DNA of 64,000 nucleotides from an uncultured Chloroflexia bacterium (GTDB lineage Bacteria; Chloroflexota; Limnocylindria; Limnocylindrales; CSP1-4): NCBI GenBank assembly GCA_963720755.1, contig CAVRGP010000013.1, positions 163,369 to 227,368 of the forward strand, read 5' to 3'. Shown piece by piece: positions 9,699 to 19,181 of this stretch (position 1 is its first letter; each line of letters starts with the position of its first letter). The notes under the pieces were generated by a model. It saw only the letters and a program-made list of their open reading frames with translations, ran no database searches and was not told where the DNA came from. The position numbers and the translations under genes were made by a program.

Positions 9699-11102
9699 AT
9701 GTCAGCCACTCGCGAGATCGTCACCGACCAGCGCGACCAATTCGCCTTCCACGACGATATCGCCTACCTCGCCCAGACGAAGCGGGGTCTGACGCGGGCC
9801 ACGGTCGAGGAGATCAGTGGCTTCAAGAACGAGCCGGACTGGATGCTCCAGTACCGCCTCCGCGCCTACGAACATTTCCTGAAGCGACCCCTGCCGACCT
9901 GGACCGACGGGCTGGACAAGATCGACTTCGACAAGATCGTCTACTACCGCAAGCCGTCCGAGCGTGAGGAGCGGTCGTGGGATGACGTCCCGGAGCAGAT
10001 CAAGGCGACCTTCGAGAAGCTGGGTATCCCGGAGGCGGAGCGCAAGTTCCTGGCCGGTGTCGGCGCCCAGTACGACAGCGAGGTCGTCTACCACTCGGTC
10101 AAGGAAGAGCTCTCCAAGCTCGGGGTCGTGTTCATGGGCACGGACCAGGCGCTGATCGAGTACCCGGAGATCTTCCGGAAGCACTTCGGCACGGTGGTGC
10201 CGGCCGAGGACAACAAGTTCTCCGCGCTCAATGCCGCGGTCTGGTCGGGCGGCTCGTTCGTGTACGTGCCCAAGGGCGTCGAGGTCCCGCTCCCGTTGCA
10301 GGCGTACTTCCGGATCAACGGCGAGAACACCGGCCAGTTCGAGCGGACGCTGATCGTGGTCGACGAAGGGGCCAAGGTCCACTACATCGAGGGCTGCACC
10401 GCCCCGATCTACGCCACCGAGTCGCTCCATGTCGCCGTCGTCGAGGTCGTCGCCCTGCCGGGTTCCAAGGTCCGGTACACGACCATCCAGAACTGGTCGA
10501 ACGATGTCTACAACCTGGTGACCAAGCGGGCGCACGCGTACGAGAACTCGACGGTCGAATGGATCGACGCCAATACGGGCTCGCGCAAGACGGTGAAGTT
10601 TCCCGCGATCTACCTGCGCGGGGAAGGCGCGACGGCCGACATCATCAGCGTCGCGGTCGCCGGCAAGGGACAACACCAGGACACTGGCGCCAAGGCGATC
10701 CACCTCGCCCCGAACACGCGGTCGCGGATCGTCAGCAAGTCCGTGTCCAAGGACGGTGGCCGAGCGACCTACCGCGGGCATCTCAAGGTGTCGCCGGGGG
10801 CGACCAACGCAGTGGCCAGCGTTCGCTGCGATGCCCTGATGATGGACGACATCAGCCGGAGCGACACCTACCCGTACATCGATATCCAGGAAGACGACAC
10901 CTCGATGACCCACGAGGCGACCGTCGGCAAGGTGAGTGCGGACCAGGTCTTCTACCTGATGAGTCGTGGTCTGACCGAGAACGAGGCGACCAATCTCATC
11001 GTCCAGGGCTTCCTCGAGGTCTTCACCAAGGAACTGCCGATGGAGTACGCCATCGAGTTCAACCGCCTCGTCAAACTCGAGATGGAGGGGTCGCTCGGAT
11101 GA
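9699..11102 (+). CDS. sufB: Fe-S cluster assembly protein SufB
   Basis: 467 aa with a full-length SufB pattern (KRPLPTWTDGLDKIDFD..., GEGATADIISVAVAGKGQHQDTGAK..., C-terminal SufBD beta-helix). Confidence 0.9.
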   Translation: MSATREIVTDQRDQFAFHDDIAYLAQTKRGLTRATVEEISGFKNEPDWMLQYRLRAYEHFLKRPLPTWTDGLDKIDFDKIVYYRKPSEREERSWDDVPEQIKATFEKLGIPEAERKFLAGVGAQYDSEVVYHSVKEELSKLGVVFMGTDQALIEYPEIFRKHFGTVVPAEDNKFSALNAAVWSGGSFVYVPKGVEVPLPLQAYFRINGENTGQFERTLIVVDEGAKVHYIEGCTAPIYATESLHVAVVEVVALPGSKVRYTTIQNWSNDVYNLVTKRAHAYENSTVEWIDANTGSRKTVKFPAIYLRGEGATADIISVAVAGKGQHQDTGAKAIHLAPNTRSRIVSKSVSKDGGRATYRGHLKVSPGATNAVASVRCDALMMDDISRSDTYPYIDIQEDDTSMTHEATVGKVSADQVFYLMSRGLTENEATNLIVQGFLEVFTKELPMEYAIEFNRLVKLEMEGSLG

Positions 11103-12484
11103 CGGTCGCGTCACCGCGGCCTAGATCGGGACGCGCTGCCCACCAGCGGCCGACCGACTTCACCCTCAAGGTCGACGGATCCGATGTCGAGGCCGTCGCA
11201 CCGCTCGACGGTGACCCTGAGTGGCTCCGAGCCGACCGCCGGGCGGCCCATACCGCGTTCGAGGCCCTGCCACCCGAGTCCAACCTCCTGTACACCACGT
11301 ACATCGACCTCCGCACCGCCCAGCTGGCCGACGCGCGGATCACCACATCTGTCCGATCGCAGCCTGCGCCGATCGACCTGCCCGACGGGACCGATGGCCT
11401 TCTCCTCGTCGACGAGGGTGACCTCGTGGGCACTGCCCTCTCGGAGGACGCGCGGTCGGCCGGTGTCGAACTCACCACGATCGCCGACCTGGCCAAGCGT
11501 CGGCCGGAACGGGTGCGCGAGCTCATCGACGGCGGCTCGACGCTCCCGGCAGATGATCGCTTCGCTCAGCTGACCCGGGCCCTCTGGACCCAGGGCCTCG
11601 TGGTGGACGTCCCGGCCGGGGTACGTCTCGCCCGCCCGATCATCGTCCGCTGGAAGGCGGGTGCCAGCGGTCGGGCCCTCCTGACGCGAACCTTCGTGTC
11701 GCTCGGTGACGGCGCAGCGGCAACGATCCTCGAGGAACTCGTCGGCTCGGAGGCGGCTCGGCCGGACAGTGGCCCATCGTTCCTCGCCGGGACGCTCGAG
11801 GTGCGGCTCGGCCGCGACGCGCAGCTATCCCTGGCAAGCCTCCAGGAGTTGCCGGTCACGACCGTCGCCATCCAGCATCGGAGCGCGATCGTCGGTGAGG
11901 CGGCGACCCTCCACTGGGCGCTTGCCCAACTCGGCTCCAGACTCGTTCGCAGCCGGGTCGACAATCGCCTCGAAGGCGACCGCAGCTCGGTCGAGCAGGT
12001 CGAGATCGTGTTCGGCGGTGGCGACCAGCTGTTCGACCTGACGTCCTACACGCACCACCTGGGTCGGGATACGACGGGCAACCTGCTGTCGAAGGGCGCC
12101 CTGCTCGATCGGGCTCGGTCGTTCATGAAGGGCATGATCGTCATCGACCGGTCGGCGGTCGGCACGGACAGCTTCCTCGGTGAATTCGGGATGAACCTCT
12201 CGAAGGCCACTCGCTCGGTCGCGATCCCGAGCCTCGAGATCGACCAGCCCGATTGTCGACGCGCGATGCACGCGAGCTCCGTCGGCCCGATCGACGAGAC
12301 CCAGGTCTTCTACCTCGAGAGCCGGGGGATCCCTCGTGACGAGGCACGCAAGTTCATCGTCCTCGGCTTCCTCGAGCCGGTCGTCGCGCGGGTCCCGGTC
12401 GCCGACGCCCAGGAGCGGCTGCGCGACCTGCTCGAAGCCAGGTGGGACGCCAGCGCCGGTGGCGGGCCCGACGCCGCCGCGTGA
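11099..12484 (+). CDS. sufD: Fe-S cluster assembly protein SufD
   Basis: ATG overlaps the sufB stop (ATGA). In frame with table ORF 10559..12484. SufBD-family C-terminal domain, 461 aa. Confidence 0.8.
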   Translation: MTVASPRPRSGRAAHQRPTDFTLKVDGSDVEAVAPLDGDPEWLRADRRAAHTAFEALPPESNLLYTTYIDLRTAQLADARITTSVRSQPAPIDLPDGTDGLLLVDEGDLVGTALSEDARSAGVELTTIADLAKRRPERVRELIDGGSTLPADDRFAQLTRALWTQGLVVDVPAGVRLARPIIVRWKAGASGRALLTRTFVSLGDGAAATILEELVGSEAARPDSGPSFLAGTLEVRLGRDAQLSLASLQELPVTTVAIQHRSAIVGEAATLHWALAQLGSRLVRSRVDNRLEGDRSSVEQVEIVFGGGDQLFDLTSYTHHLGRDTTGNLLSKGALLDRARSFMKGMIVIDRSAVGTDSFLGEFGMNLSKATRSVAIPSLEIDQPDCRRAMHASSVGPIDETQVFYLESRGIPRDEARKFIVLGFLEPVVARVPVADAQERLRDLLEARWDASAGGGPDAAA

Positions 12485-12816
12485 GACGGATCGACCTGCT
12501 GGGGGTCGACGAGGTCCCCCTCGGCACGATGAAGATGGCCTGGGTGGATGGCACCGACCAGGTCCTCGTGGTCAACTCGAACGGTGATCTGGCCGCCGTG
12601 CAGGGGATCTGCAGCCACGAATACTCGGAGCTCGACCGGGGCTTCCTGACGGCCGGGACCCTCACCTGCGCACTGCACCTGTCGCGGTTCGACCTTGACA
12701 ACGGCGAGCCACTCGACCCTCCGGCCGAGCTCCCGCTGGCCGTCTACGACGTCGTGATCGAGGGCGACCGGATCCTCATCGAGGTCCCGGACGGTCCGCT
12801 CGAAGTCAACGATTGA
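12481..12816 (+). CDS. Rieske [2Fe-2S] ferredoxin (non-heme iron oxygenase ferredoxin-subunit-like), suf-operon associated
   Basis: GTG overlaps the sufD stop (GTGA). CxH...CxxH Rieske ligands (ICSHEYSEL ... CALHLSRF). The same position is occupied by a Rieske protein in Streptomyces-type suf operons. Confidence 0.7.
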   Translation: MRRIDLLGVDEVPLGTMKMAWVDGTDQVLVVNSNGDLAAVQGICSHEYSELDRGFLTAGTLTCALHLSRFDLDNGEPLDPPAELPLAVYDVVIEGDRILIEVPDGPLEVND

Positions 12817-12862
12817 CCAGGGACGCGACGCTACCCGGCGCCCCGACGCGGAGGGTTGACCC

Positions 12863-13870
12863 TCAGCTCGCGAGAAGTGTCCCGAGCCCCAACGTCTCGG
12901 CCCGGCGGAGGATCGCCGCCCCGAAGATGACGTCGGCCAACCCGACGCCGAGAGCCGTCACAACGACCCGGCCACGGTCGGGTCGCTGCGTCCCGGCGAT
13001 CAGCGCCTCGCCGAGAGTCGCGGTCGGGTCCGGGTAGCCCTCGAACAGGCCGGCTGCCCGGTTCGCCTCGAATTGGCGCGCCTCGTCCACGAGGAAGAGG
13101 CTCGCCCCGCGGGCCACGTCGGCACTGCAATAGGTCGCGTAATCGACCGGTACGACCAATGCCTCGCTGGTCAGCCAGTCTTCGGTCATGACCTGGCGGG
13201 TCGGTCCGAACGAGGCCGCGGTCACGACCACATCGGCCCCTGCCACGGCGATCCGAGCGTCCGACGCGACCGACACACTGCCGATGCCCTCGGTGGCTCG
13301 CGCCTCCGCCGCCAGCGCACCGGCTCTCTCCGGGTGCCGGTCGAACAGGGTCACGTCCACGCCCGGCAGCGTATGGGCAAGCACGGCAACGTGGCTGCGT
13401 CCCTGGACGCCCGCGCCGATCATGGCCACGCGCGATCGGCGGCCCGAGACCCTGGGAGCGAAGTGGCGGATCGCGACCCCCGAAACGGCGGCCGTCCGTT
13501 GGGCCGTGATCGGACCTCCGTCGAGGATCGCCATCGGCACACCCGTGGAGGCGTCATTCAGGATGACGACCGCGTTGACGGCAGGCAAGCCGATGGCGTT
13601 GTTGGTCGCGTAGCCGGCGACCCACTTCATCCCCACCAGGTCATCCCGACCCGACGCATCCGCGCCGCGAAGGTGCGCCGGCATCGCATGGGCGAACGAA
13701 CCGTCCGGTCGTGGATGGACACCGATCTTGGCCGGTAGTTCCGCCCCGCTCGCGAGTGCCGTCATCGTCCGCTCGGCGAGCGTCAGACGTTCACCGATAT
13801 CGGGCATCGCCGCCAGGACATCGGCCGCGGTGAGGTACCGGATGGGCGGCGCCGTCGGTCGATCTGGCAC
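12863..13870 (-). CDS. Ornithine cyclodeaminase / mu-crystallin family protein
   Basis: 335 aa, Rossmann GAGVQGRSH motif and OCD/mu-crystallin family architecture. Confidence 0.7.
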   Translation of the reverse strand: MPDRPTAPPIRYLTAADVLAAMPDIGERLTLAERTMTALASGAELPAKIGVHPRPDGSFAHAMPAHLRGADASGRDDLVGMKWVAGYATNNAIGLPAVNAVVILNDASTGVPMAILDGGPITAQRTAAVSGVAIRHFAPRVSGRRSRVAMIGAGVQGRSHVAVLAHTLPGVDVTLFDRHPERAGALAAEARATEGIGSVSVASDARIAVAGADVVVTAASFGPTRQVMTEDWLTSEALVVPVDYATYCSADVARGASLFLVDEARQFEANRAAGLFEGYPDPTATLGEALIAGTQRPDRGRVVVTALGVGLADVIFGAAILRRAETLGLGTLLAS

Positions 13871-13902
13871 CCAGCGAGTCTACCCGCGGGCGATGACCTA
13901 CG

Positions 13903-15093
13903 ATGCATCGCGTGGCGCCCATGGACATCGACCAAAGCCTCGACAACCTCAAGCTGGAACGTGACGCGATCGTCCTGTACGACGCCTTGTCGACGATGGA
14001 ACGCGATCCGCATCGAGCGGAGGCATTCAAGCGGATCGCCGCCAACGAACGCCGGCATGCCGACATCTGGGCGGGCAAGCTGCGCGAGCTCGGTGCGGAC
14101 GTGCCGGCACCCGGCCGGGCGCGCCTGCAGGTCCGACTGATCATCCTGGCGGCTCGCGTGCTCGGTACGGCCGCGGTGGCAGAGATGGTGAAGTCCCTGG
14201 AAGGCGACGAGGAGGCAACGTACGAATCGCAGGGCGGCTCGCCGGAGATCGCTGCGATCGCGGCCGACGAGCGGGAGCATGCGGTCATCTGGGACCGTCT
14301 CAAGGCCGGCGAGCAACTCGACGAGATGGATGCGCGCGGTCGCGATGGCGTCGCGGCCGCTCGTCGCGCCTCGAGCGCGGCCGAGGTGGGCAGCAGCGAA
14401 TCGTGGCATCGGACCGGGTCGCGGTCCGGCACGCTGCGAGCGATCATCTTCGGCGTCAGCGACGGGCTCGTGAGCAACCTCTCCCTGGTCATGGGCGTCG
14501 CCGGCGCCGCCTCCGACAAACCCGGGTTCGTCCTCCTCGCGGGTGTCGCCGGCCTCCTCGCCGGAGCGTTCAGCATGGCGGCCGGCGAATACATCTCGAT
14601 GCAGAGTCAGCGCGAGTTGTTCGAGCGCCAGATCGCCCTTGAGCGCGCGGAGATGGAGGCGATGCCCGAGGAAGAGGAGGCAGAGCTCGCGGCCGCATAT
14701 CGGGCCAAAGGGTTTGCCCAGGACGAGGCGGCCCGGATCGCCCACCACATCTTCCAGGACCCGGAGACGGCACTCGACACGCTTGTCCGTGAGGAACTCG
14801 GTCTCGATCCCGACGAACTCGGCTCACCGTGGGCCGCAGCGGGTGGGTCGTTCGTCGCGTTCGCGATCGGGGCGATCATCCCGGTCATCCCATTCCTGTT
14901 CGGCAGTGGCACCGCCGTTCTGCTGGTCAGCCTCGGGCTGAGTCTCATCGCCCTCTTCGCGGTCGGTGCCGCGGTGAGCTTGCTGACCGGTCGCGGGATG
15001 CTGTTCTCCGGCGCCCGGCAACTCGGGATCGGGCTGGCGGCGGCGCTCGTTACCTACGCGATCGGGTCCATCCTCGGCGTGGCGGCCGGCTGA
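13903..15093 (+). CDS. Membrane-bound ferritin-like protein: N-terminal erythrin/rubrerythrin-like ferritin domain fused to a VIT1/CCC1 iron-transporter domain (MbfA-like)
   Basis: N-terminal about 150 aa carry ExxH di-iron motifs (ANERRHADIW, ADEREHAVIW). C-terminal VIT1 motifs (GVSDGLVSNLSLVMGVAGA, GEYISMQSQRE) and TM helices. Start could instead be the ATG at 13921. Confidence 0.75.
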   Translation: MHRVAPMDIDQSLDNLKLERDAIVLYDALSTMERDPHRAEAFKRIAANERRHADIWAGKLRELGADVPAPGRARLQVRLIILAARVLGTAAVAEMVKSLEGDEEATYESQGGSPEIAAIAADEREHAVIWDRLKAGEQLDEMDARGRDGVAAARRASSAAEVGSSESWHRTGSRSGTLRAIIFGVSDGLVSNLSLVMGVAGAASDKPGFVLLAGVAGLLAGAFSMAAGEYISMQSQRELFERQIALERAEMEAMPEEEEAELAAAYRAKGFAQDEAARIAHHIFQDPETALDTLVREELGLDPDELGSPWAAAGGSFVAFAIGAIIPVIPFLFGSGTAVLLVSLGLSLIALFAVGAAVSLLTGRGMLFSGARQLGIGLAAALVTYAIGSILGVAAG

Positions 15094-15096
15094 GCC

Positions 15097-15402
15097 ATGT
15101 CGGATGTGCTCGGTCGGCTCCACGCGGAGGGCCTCGACCCGACCAGTTGGTCGAACGGTCCGGGGGACCGCTATCCGGGCCACGACCACGCCTATGACAA
15201 GGTCATCGTGGTCGATCGCGGATCGATCACCTTCGGAACCCCGGACGGGCCATTGGATCTTGCCGTCGGTGACCGCCTCGACCTTCCGGCCGGGACACGT
15301 CACGACGCCGTCGTCGGTGCCGCCGGAGTCGTCTGCCTGGAGGCGCACCGGCCACCCGGGACCCTGTCCGGGGCGGCGGTCCGGCGTGCCGGCACGTGGT
15401 GA
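15097..15402 (+). CDS. Cupin-domain protein
   Basis: 101 aa, starts 3 nt after the previous stop. Cupin His-rich motif (GHDHAYDKVIVVDRGSITF). Confidence 0.5.
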   Translation: MSDVLGRLHAEGLDPTSWSNGPGDRYPGHDHAYDKVIVVDRGSITFGTPDGPLDLAVGDRLDLPAGTRHDAVVGAAGVVCLEAHRPPGTLSGAAVRRAGTW

Positions 15403-15430
15403 GCGCTCGGACCGACCCGGATCTCGAGGC

Positions 15431-15760
15431 TCAGCCTCCGTCCGCGTCGGCCAGTCCTGCGTCCTCGGCCCGGTTCGTCTGGCCGCTCGGGTCAGCCGCG
15501 TCGGGTGGGTCGGCCACGGGATCGGGCGGGACGGCGTCCAGATAGGCGCGGTGCATGATCAGGAGGCGCTCGGCCGCCTCCGGACTGACGTCATAGCCAT
15601 CCTCGGCCAGCGTCGCTGACAGCCACAGCGCCTCGCGGGGTCGCTCGAATGCATCGACGTCCGCTTCGCGGCGGCGCGAATCGATGATCACCATCCAGAC
15701 GAGCCCGGCCCCGACGACCAGCCCGACGATGAGCAGCCAGACATTGAACTCGGCATTCAT
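15431..15760 (-). CDS. Hypothetical small membrane protein (one N-terminal TM helix)
   Basis: ORF with an N-terminal hydrophobic helix (VWLLIVGLVVGAGLVWMVII) sitting between convergent and divergent real genes. No recognisable family. Confidence 0.4.
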   Translation of the reverse strand: MNAEFNVWLLIVGLVVGAGLVWMVIIDSRRREADVDAFERPREALWLSATLAEDGYDVSPEAAERLLIMHRAYLDAVPPDPVADPPDAADPSGQTNRAEDAGLADADGG

Positions 15761-15801
15761 CCGGGGCGAAGTATACGGACGATCGCCGCTACACTCCCGG
15801 G

Positions 15802-16848
15802 ATGCTCGACTTCATGCCGGACCCGATCGCGATCCAGCTCGGCCCGGTACCGGTGTATTGGTACGGGATCGGGTATGCCGTCGGGCTCGCGGCGGCGTTC
15901 TTCGTGATGGTCAAGCTCGCCAGGCGAGCCGGAGAAGACGCCGAGATCCTGGGCAACGGGATCATCATCGTGGCCGTCGCCGCCCTCATCGGCGGACGCG
16001 CCTATCACGTCATCGACCAATGGGTCCTGTACAAGGACGATCCGATCAAGATCTTCCTTCCGCCGTACACCGGGCTGGGGGTCTATGGCGGGATCATCAC
16101 CGGAACGATCGCGGCATGGCTGTATGCCCGGTACAAGCGAGTCCCGTTCCTGCGCTGGGCGGATATCGTCGCGCCCGGACTGTTCACGATGCAGGCCGTC
16201 GCTCGGTGGGGCAACTTCTTCAATCAGGAGCTGTATGGCACGCCGACGACGTTGCCCTGGGGTATCCCGATCGATTGCGCCCATCGGATCACGGGGGCGA
16301 CCTTCGACTACTCGTGTGACGTCCTGCCCGAGACGGCCCGATTCCACCCGCTCTTCCTGTACGAGTCGTTGTCTGGTGTGCTCGGTGCGTTGTTCCTGAT
16401 CTGGCTCGGGTACCGTTTCCGCAAGCGGCTCCGCCCGGGTGACCTGCTGCTCGTCTTCTTCATCTGGTACGGCGTGGTCCGGTTCGCGCTCGAAACGTTC
16501 AGGGAGGGGAACTGGACGTTCTTCGGCGTCCCGACGGCCCAGGTCGTGTCGATCCTGTTCATCGTCCCAGCCCTGATCGTACTGGCCTGGCGTCACCGGC
16601 CGGACCACCCGCTCGACGATCCGGCCAGTCGGCCTGAAGTCGCGACCTGGGGCGCCCTGGGTCGCCCCGTGGAGCCGTCGGACGAGTCAGACGACGACGA
16701 GTTCGACGACTCCGACGACGATGGGGACGACGAGGTCGGTGACGACGCGGACCACGCCGACCAGGACGCCGACGAGGCCGCCGGCACCGACCGCTCGACC
16801 GACGACGAACCGGACGGGGACGACCCGCTCGACGCGCCCACGACCTGA
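15802..16848 (+). CDS. lgt: Prolipoprotein diacylglyceryl transferase with acidic C-terminal extension
   Basis: Lgt signature (RWGNFFNQELYGTPTTLPWGI) and family TM topology. Last about 70 aa are a D/E-rich tail. Confidence 0.85.
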   Translation: MLDFMPDPIAIQLGPVPVYWYGIGYAVGLAAAFFVMVKLARRAGEDAEILGNGIIIVAVAALIGGRAYHVIDQWVLYKDDPIKIFLPPYTGLGVYGGIITGTIAAWLYARYKRVPFLRWADIVAPGLFTMQAVARWGNFFNQELYGTPTTLPWGIPIDCAHRITGATFDYSCDVLPETARFHPLFLYESLSGVLGALFLIWLGYRFRKRLRPGDLLLVFFIWYGVVRFALETFREGNWTFFGVPTAQVVSILFIVPALIVLAWRHRPDHPLDDPASRPEVATWGALGRPVEPSDESDDDEFDDSDDDGDDEVGDDADHADQDADEAAGTDRSTDDEPDGDDPLDAPTT

Positions 16849-16903
16849 GGTGACCGAGCCCCGGCGCGTTCGGCCGCCCGCTGGGCGCGTCGCTCCGGAG
16901 GCG

Positions 16904-17719
16904 ATGGCTGCTCGACGTGGCAGCGCTCTGGAAGGCCTTGCCTGGCTGGACCGGCCGCCCGAAGCGGCGGCGTCCCGGCTGTATCGGCTGCTCCGGTATC
17001 TGGCCAGGTTCGCGATCTTCGGCGTGTTCAGGATGAGGATCCGGACGTCCGGGCAGGAGCACTTGCCGGCGGGCGGGTACTTCCTCGTCGGTGCCGCCCA
17101 TCGAGGCTGGATGGACCCGTTCCTCGTGATGCATGCGCTGCCGGTCGAGCCACGCTGCTGGTTCCTCGGAAGCGCACCGTCGACCTTCACCGCACGCTGG
17201 CGTGAAGTCCTGATCCATCGCCTGGGCGGTCTGTTGCCGGTCTGGCGTGGCGGGATCGGTGTCGATCAGCACGTCGCCTCGGCTCGCGCCGTCATCGCCA
17301 ACGGTGCCGTCTTCGCCCAGATGCCGGAGGGGACGATCAGCGGGCCCGTCGGACGGATCGGGCCGTTCCGCCCGGGCTGGGCGGTCATCGCGCTGCGGGT
17401 CGACGCCCCGATCGTTCCGCTTGCGATGGCTGGCTCCGAAGAGCTCTACATCGGCCGTCGGCTCGCGTCGCGCGTCCTGCCGGTCATTTCGGTCCGCACC
17501 CTGGCCGGGTTGGAGCGGGACGAGGCACTCCCGGACCCGGGCACTCGGGAGGAACTGGAACTCGCTCGGCGGATGAGCGACGCGCTGGCGGCGATCCTCG
17601 GTCCGGCCGTCGAATCGATCCATCCCTGGACGGTCGACCCGCCGGACCACCCCCGTCGCCTCCGGCGGCGACTGACCTGGCTGCTCCTCGGTCCGGGCCC
17701 GGTCGACCGCGGTACCTGA
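16904..17719 (+). CDS. 1-acyl-sn-glycerol-3-phosphate acyltransferase-like (LPLAT/PlsC family)
   Basis: HxxxxD acyltransferase motif (HRGWMDPF) and downstream PEGT motif (MPEGTISG). Start chosen at the internal ATG of table ORF 16721..17719. Confidence 0.65.
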   Translation: MAARRGSALEGLAWLDRPPEAAASRLYRLLRYLARFAIFGVFRMRIRTSGQEHLPAGGYFLVGAAHRGWMDPFLVMHALPVEPRCWFLGSAPSTFTARWREVLIHRLGGLLPVWRGGIGVDQHVASARAVIANGAVFAQMPEGTISGPVGRIGPFRPGWAVIALRVDAPIVPLAMAGSEELYIGRRLASRVLPVISVRTLAGLERDEALPDPGTREELELARRMSDALAAILGPAVESIHPWTVDPPDHPRRLRRRLTWLLLGPGPVDRGT

Positions 17720-17762
17720 TCCCGACCCGCCGGCCGTCCCGGCGCACGGTATCCTCGCCACG

Positions 17763-19181
17763 ATGCAGTACGCGGAGTCGATCCTCGATCTCGTCGGCCA
17801 CACCCCGCTGGTGCGGATCTCGCGTCTGACTCGCGATCTCGGGCCGGTCGACCGCCAGCCTCTGGTCCTGGCCAAGCTGGAGATGCTCAACCCGGGCGGA
17901 TCGGTCAAGGACCGGATCGGGTTGCCGATGATCGAGGCAGCCGAACGGTCCGGCCTGCTCAAGCCCGGCGGGACGATCATCGAACCGACATCGGGCAATA
18001 CCGGTCACGGCCTGGCGATCGCTGCGGCGCTCAAGGGCTACCGGTGCATCTTCGTCATGGCCGACAAGCAGTCTTCGGAAAAGCAGCAGTTGCTTCGGGC
18101 GTATGGCGCGGAAGTCGTGCTCTGTCCGACCAACGTCGCGCCCGAGTCGCCGGAGAGCTACTACTCGGTCGCGGCCCGGCTGGCCCGGGACATCCCCGGT
18201 GCGTTCAAGCCCGATCAGTACTGGAACATGGAGAACCCGGCCGCGCACGAGAGGACCACCGGCCCGGAGATCTGGGACGAGACGGACGGCCGGGTGACCC
18301 ATTTCGTGGCCGGGGCCGGGACGGGGGGCACGATCAGCGGCGTGGCCCGGGCCCTGAAACACCGGAACGCGGCGATCCAGGTGATCGGCGCGGACCCCGA
18401 GGGCAGTGTCCTTTCGGGCGATACCGCCCGCCCGTACCTGACCGAGGGCGTCGGCGAGGACTTCATGCCGGGCACCTACGATCCGACCCTCGTCGATCGG
18501 TGGGTGCGGGTGAGCGACAGGGAGTCGTTCGCGATGGCGCGCCGGCTGACTCGCGAAGAGGGGATCCTGTCGGGTGGCTCGTGCGGGACCGCGATGGTCG
18601 CCGCGCTCGAGGTGGCCCGGGATCTGGTGAGCCTTCCCGACGGTCGAGACGCGGTCATCGTGGTCCTGCTGCCCGACAGCGGCCGGAGCTATCTGTCCAA
18701 GGTCTACAACGATGAATGGATGCGGGTCAACGGTCTGCTGGCCACGACCGGGGCCGTCGTCCGGGTCGGCGATCTCCTGGCTGAACGACACCACACCGGA
18801 CCCCTTCCGAACCTGGTCCTTGCTCGCACGACCCAGCGTGTCGGCGACGCGATCGCGATCCTCCAGGAGTACGGCATCAGCCAGCTCCCGGTCTCCGAGC
18901 AGCCCGACGGTGACGCCATCGAGGGCATCGTCGGATCGATCACCGAGCGGGGACTGCTCGATCGAGCCTTCCGTGATCCGGCGATCGTCGAGCGCACCGT
19001 CGGCGAGGTCATGGATCACACTCTGCCCGTCATCGACGTGGGCGCGAGCCTGGACGAGGCCTTCGGCCTGCTGTCAGGTGAGACGTCGGCGGTCATCGCC
19101 GTCCGTGGCGACCGTCCCGTGGGCGTCGTGACCAAGCTGGATATGCTCGAGTATCTCGCCCACCGGCCCGGGCACGGATGA
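17763..19181 (+). CDS. cbs: Cystathionine beta-synthase (PLP fold-type II plus tandem CBS domains)
   Basis: PLP-lysine motif (NPGGSVKDR), GTGGT loop, C-terminal CBS pair. Confidence 0.85.
   Translation: MQYAESILDLVGHTPLVRISRLTRDLGPVDRQPLVLAKLEMLNPGGSVKDRIGLPMIEAAERSGLLKPGGTIIEPTSGNTGHGLAIAAALKGYRCIFVMADKQSSEKQQLLRAYGAEVVLCPTNVAPESPESYYSVAARLARDIPGAFKPDQYWNMENPAAHERTTGPEIWDETDGRVTHFVAGAGTGGTISGVARALKHRNAAIQVIGADPEGSVLSGDTARPYLTEGVGEDFMPGTYDPTLVDRWVRVSDRESFAMARRLTREEGILSGGSCGTAMVAALEVARDLVSLPDGRDAVIVVLLPDSGRSYLSKVYNDEWMRVNGLLATTGAVVRVGDLLAERHHTGPLPNLVLARTTQRVGDAIAILQEYGISQLPVSEQPDGDAIEGIVGSITERGLLDRAFRDPAIVERTVGEVMDHTLPVIDVGASLDEAFGLLSGETSAVIAVRGDRPVGVVTKLDMLEYLAHRPGHG

Noticed and set aside
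9702-11114. 470-aa minus-strand ORF
   Set aside because: Exactly antisense to sufB; an artefact of GC3-rich coding.
16559-17998. 479-aa minus-strand ORF
   Set aside because: Antisense to lgt 3' end, plsC-like and cbs 5' end. Arg/Pro-rich.
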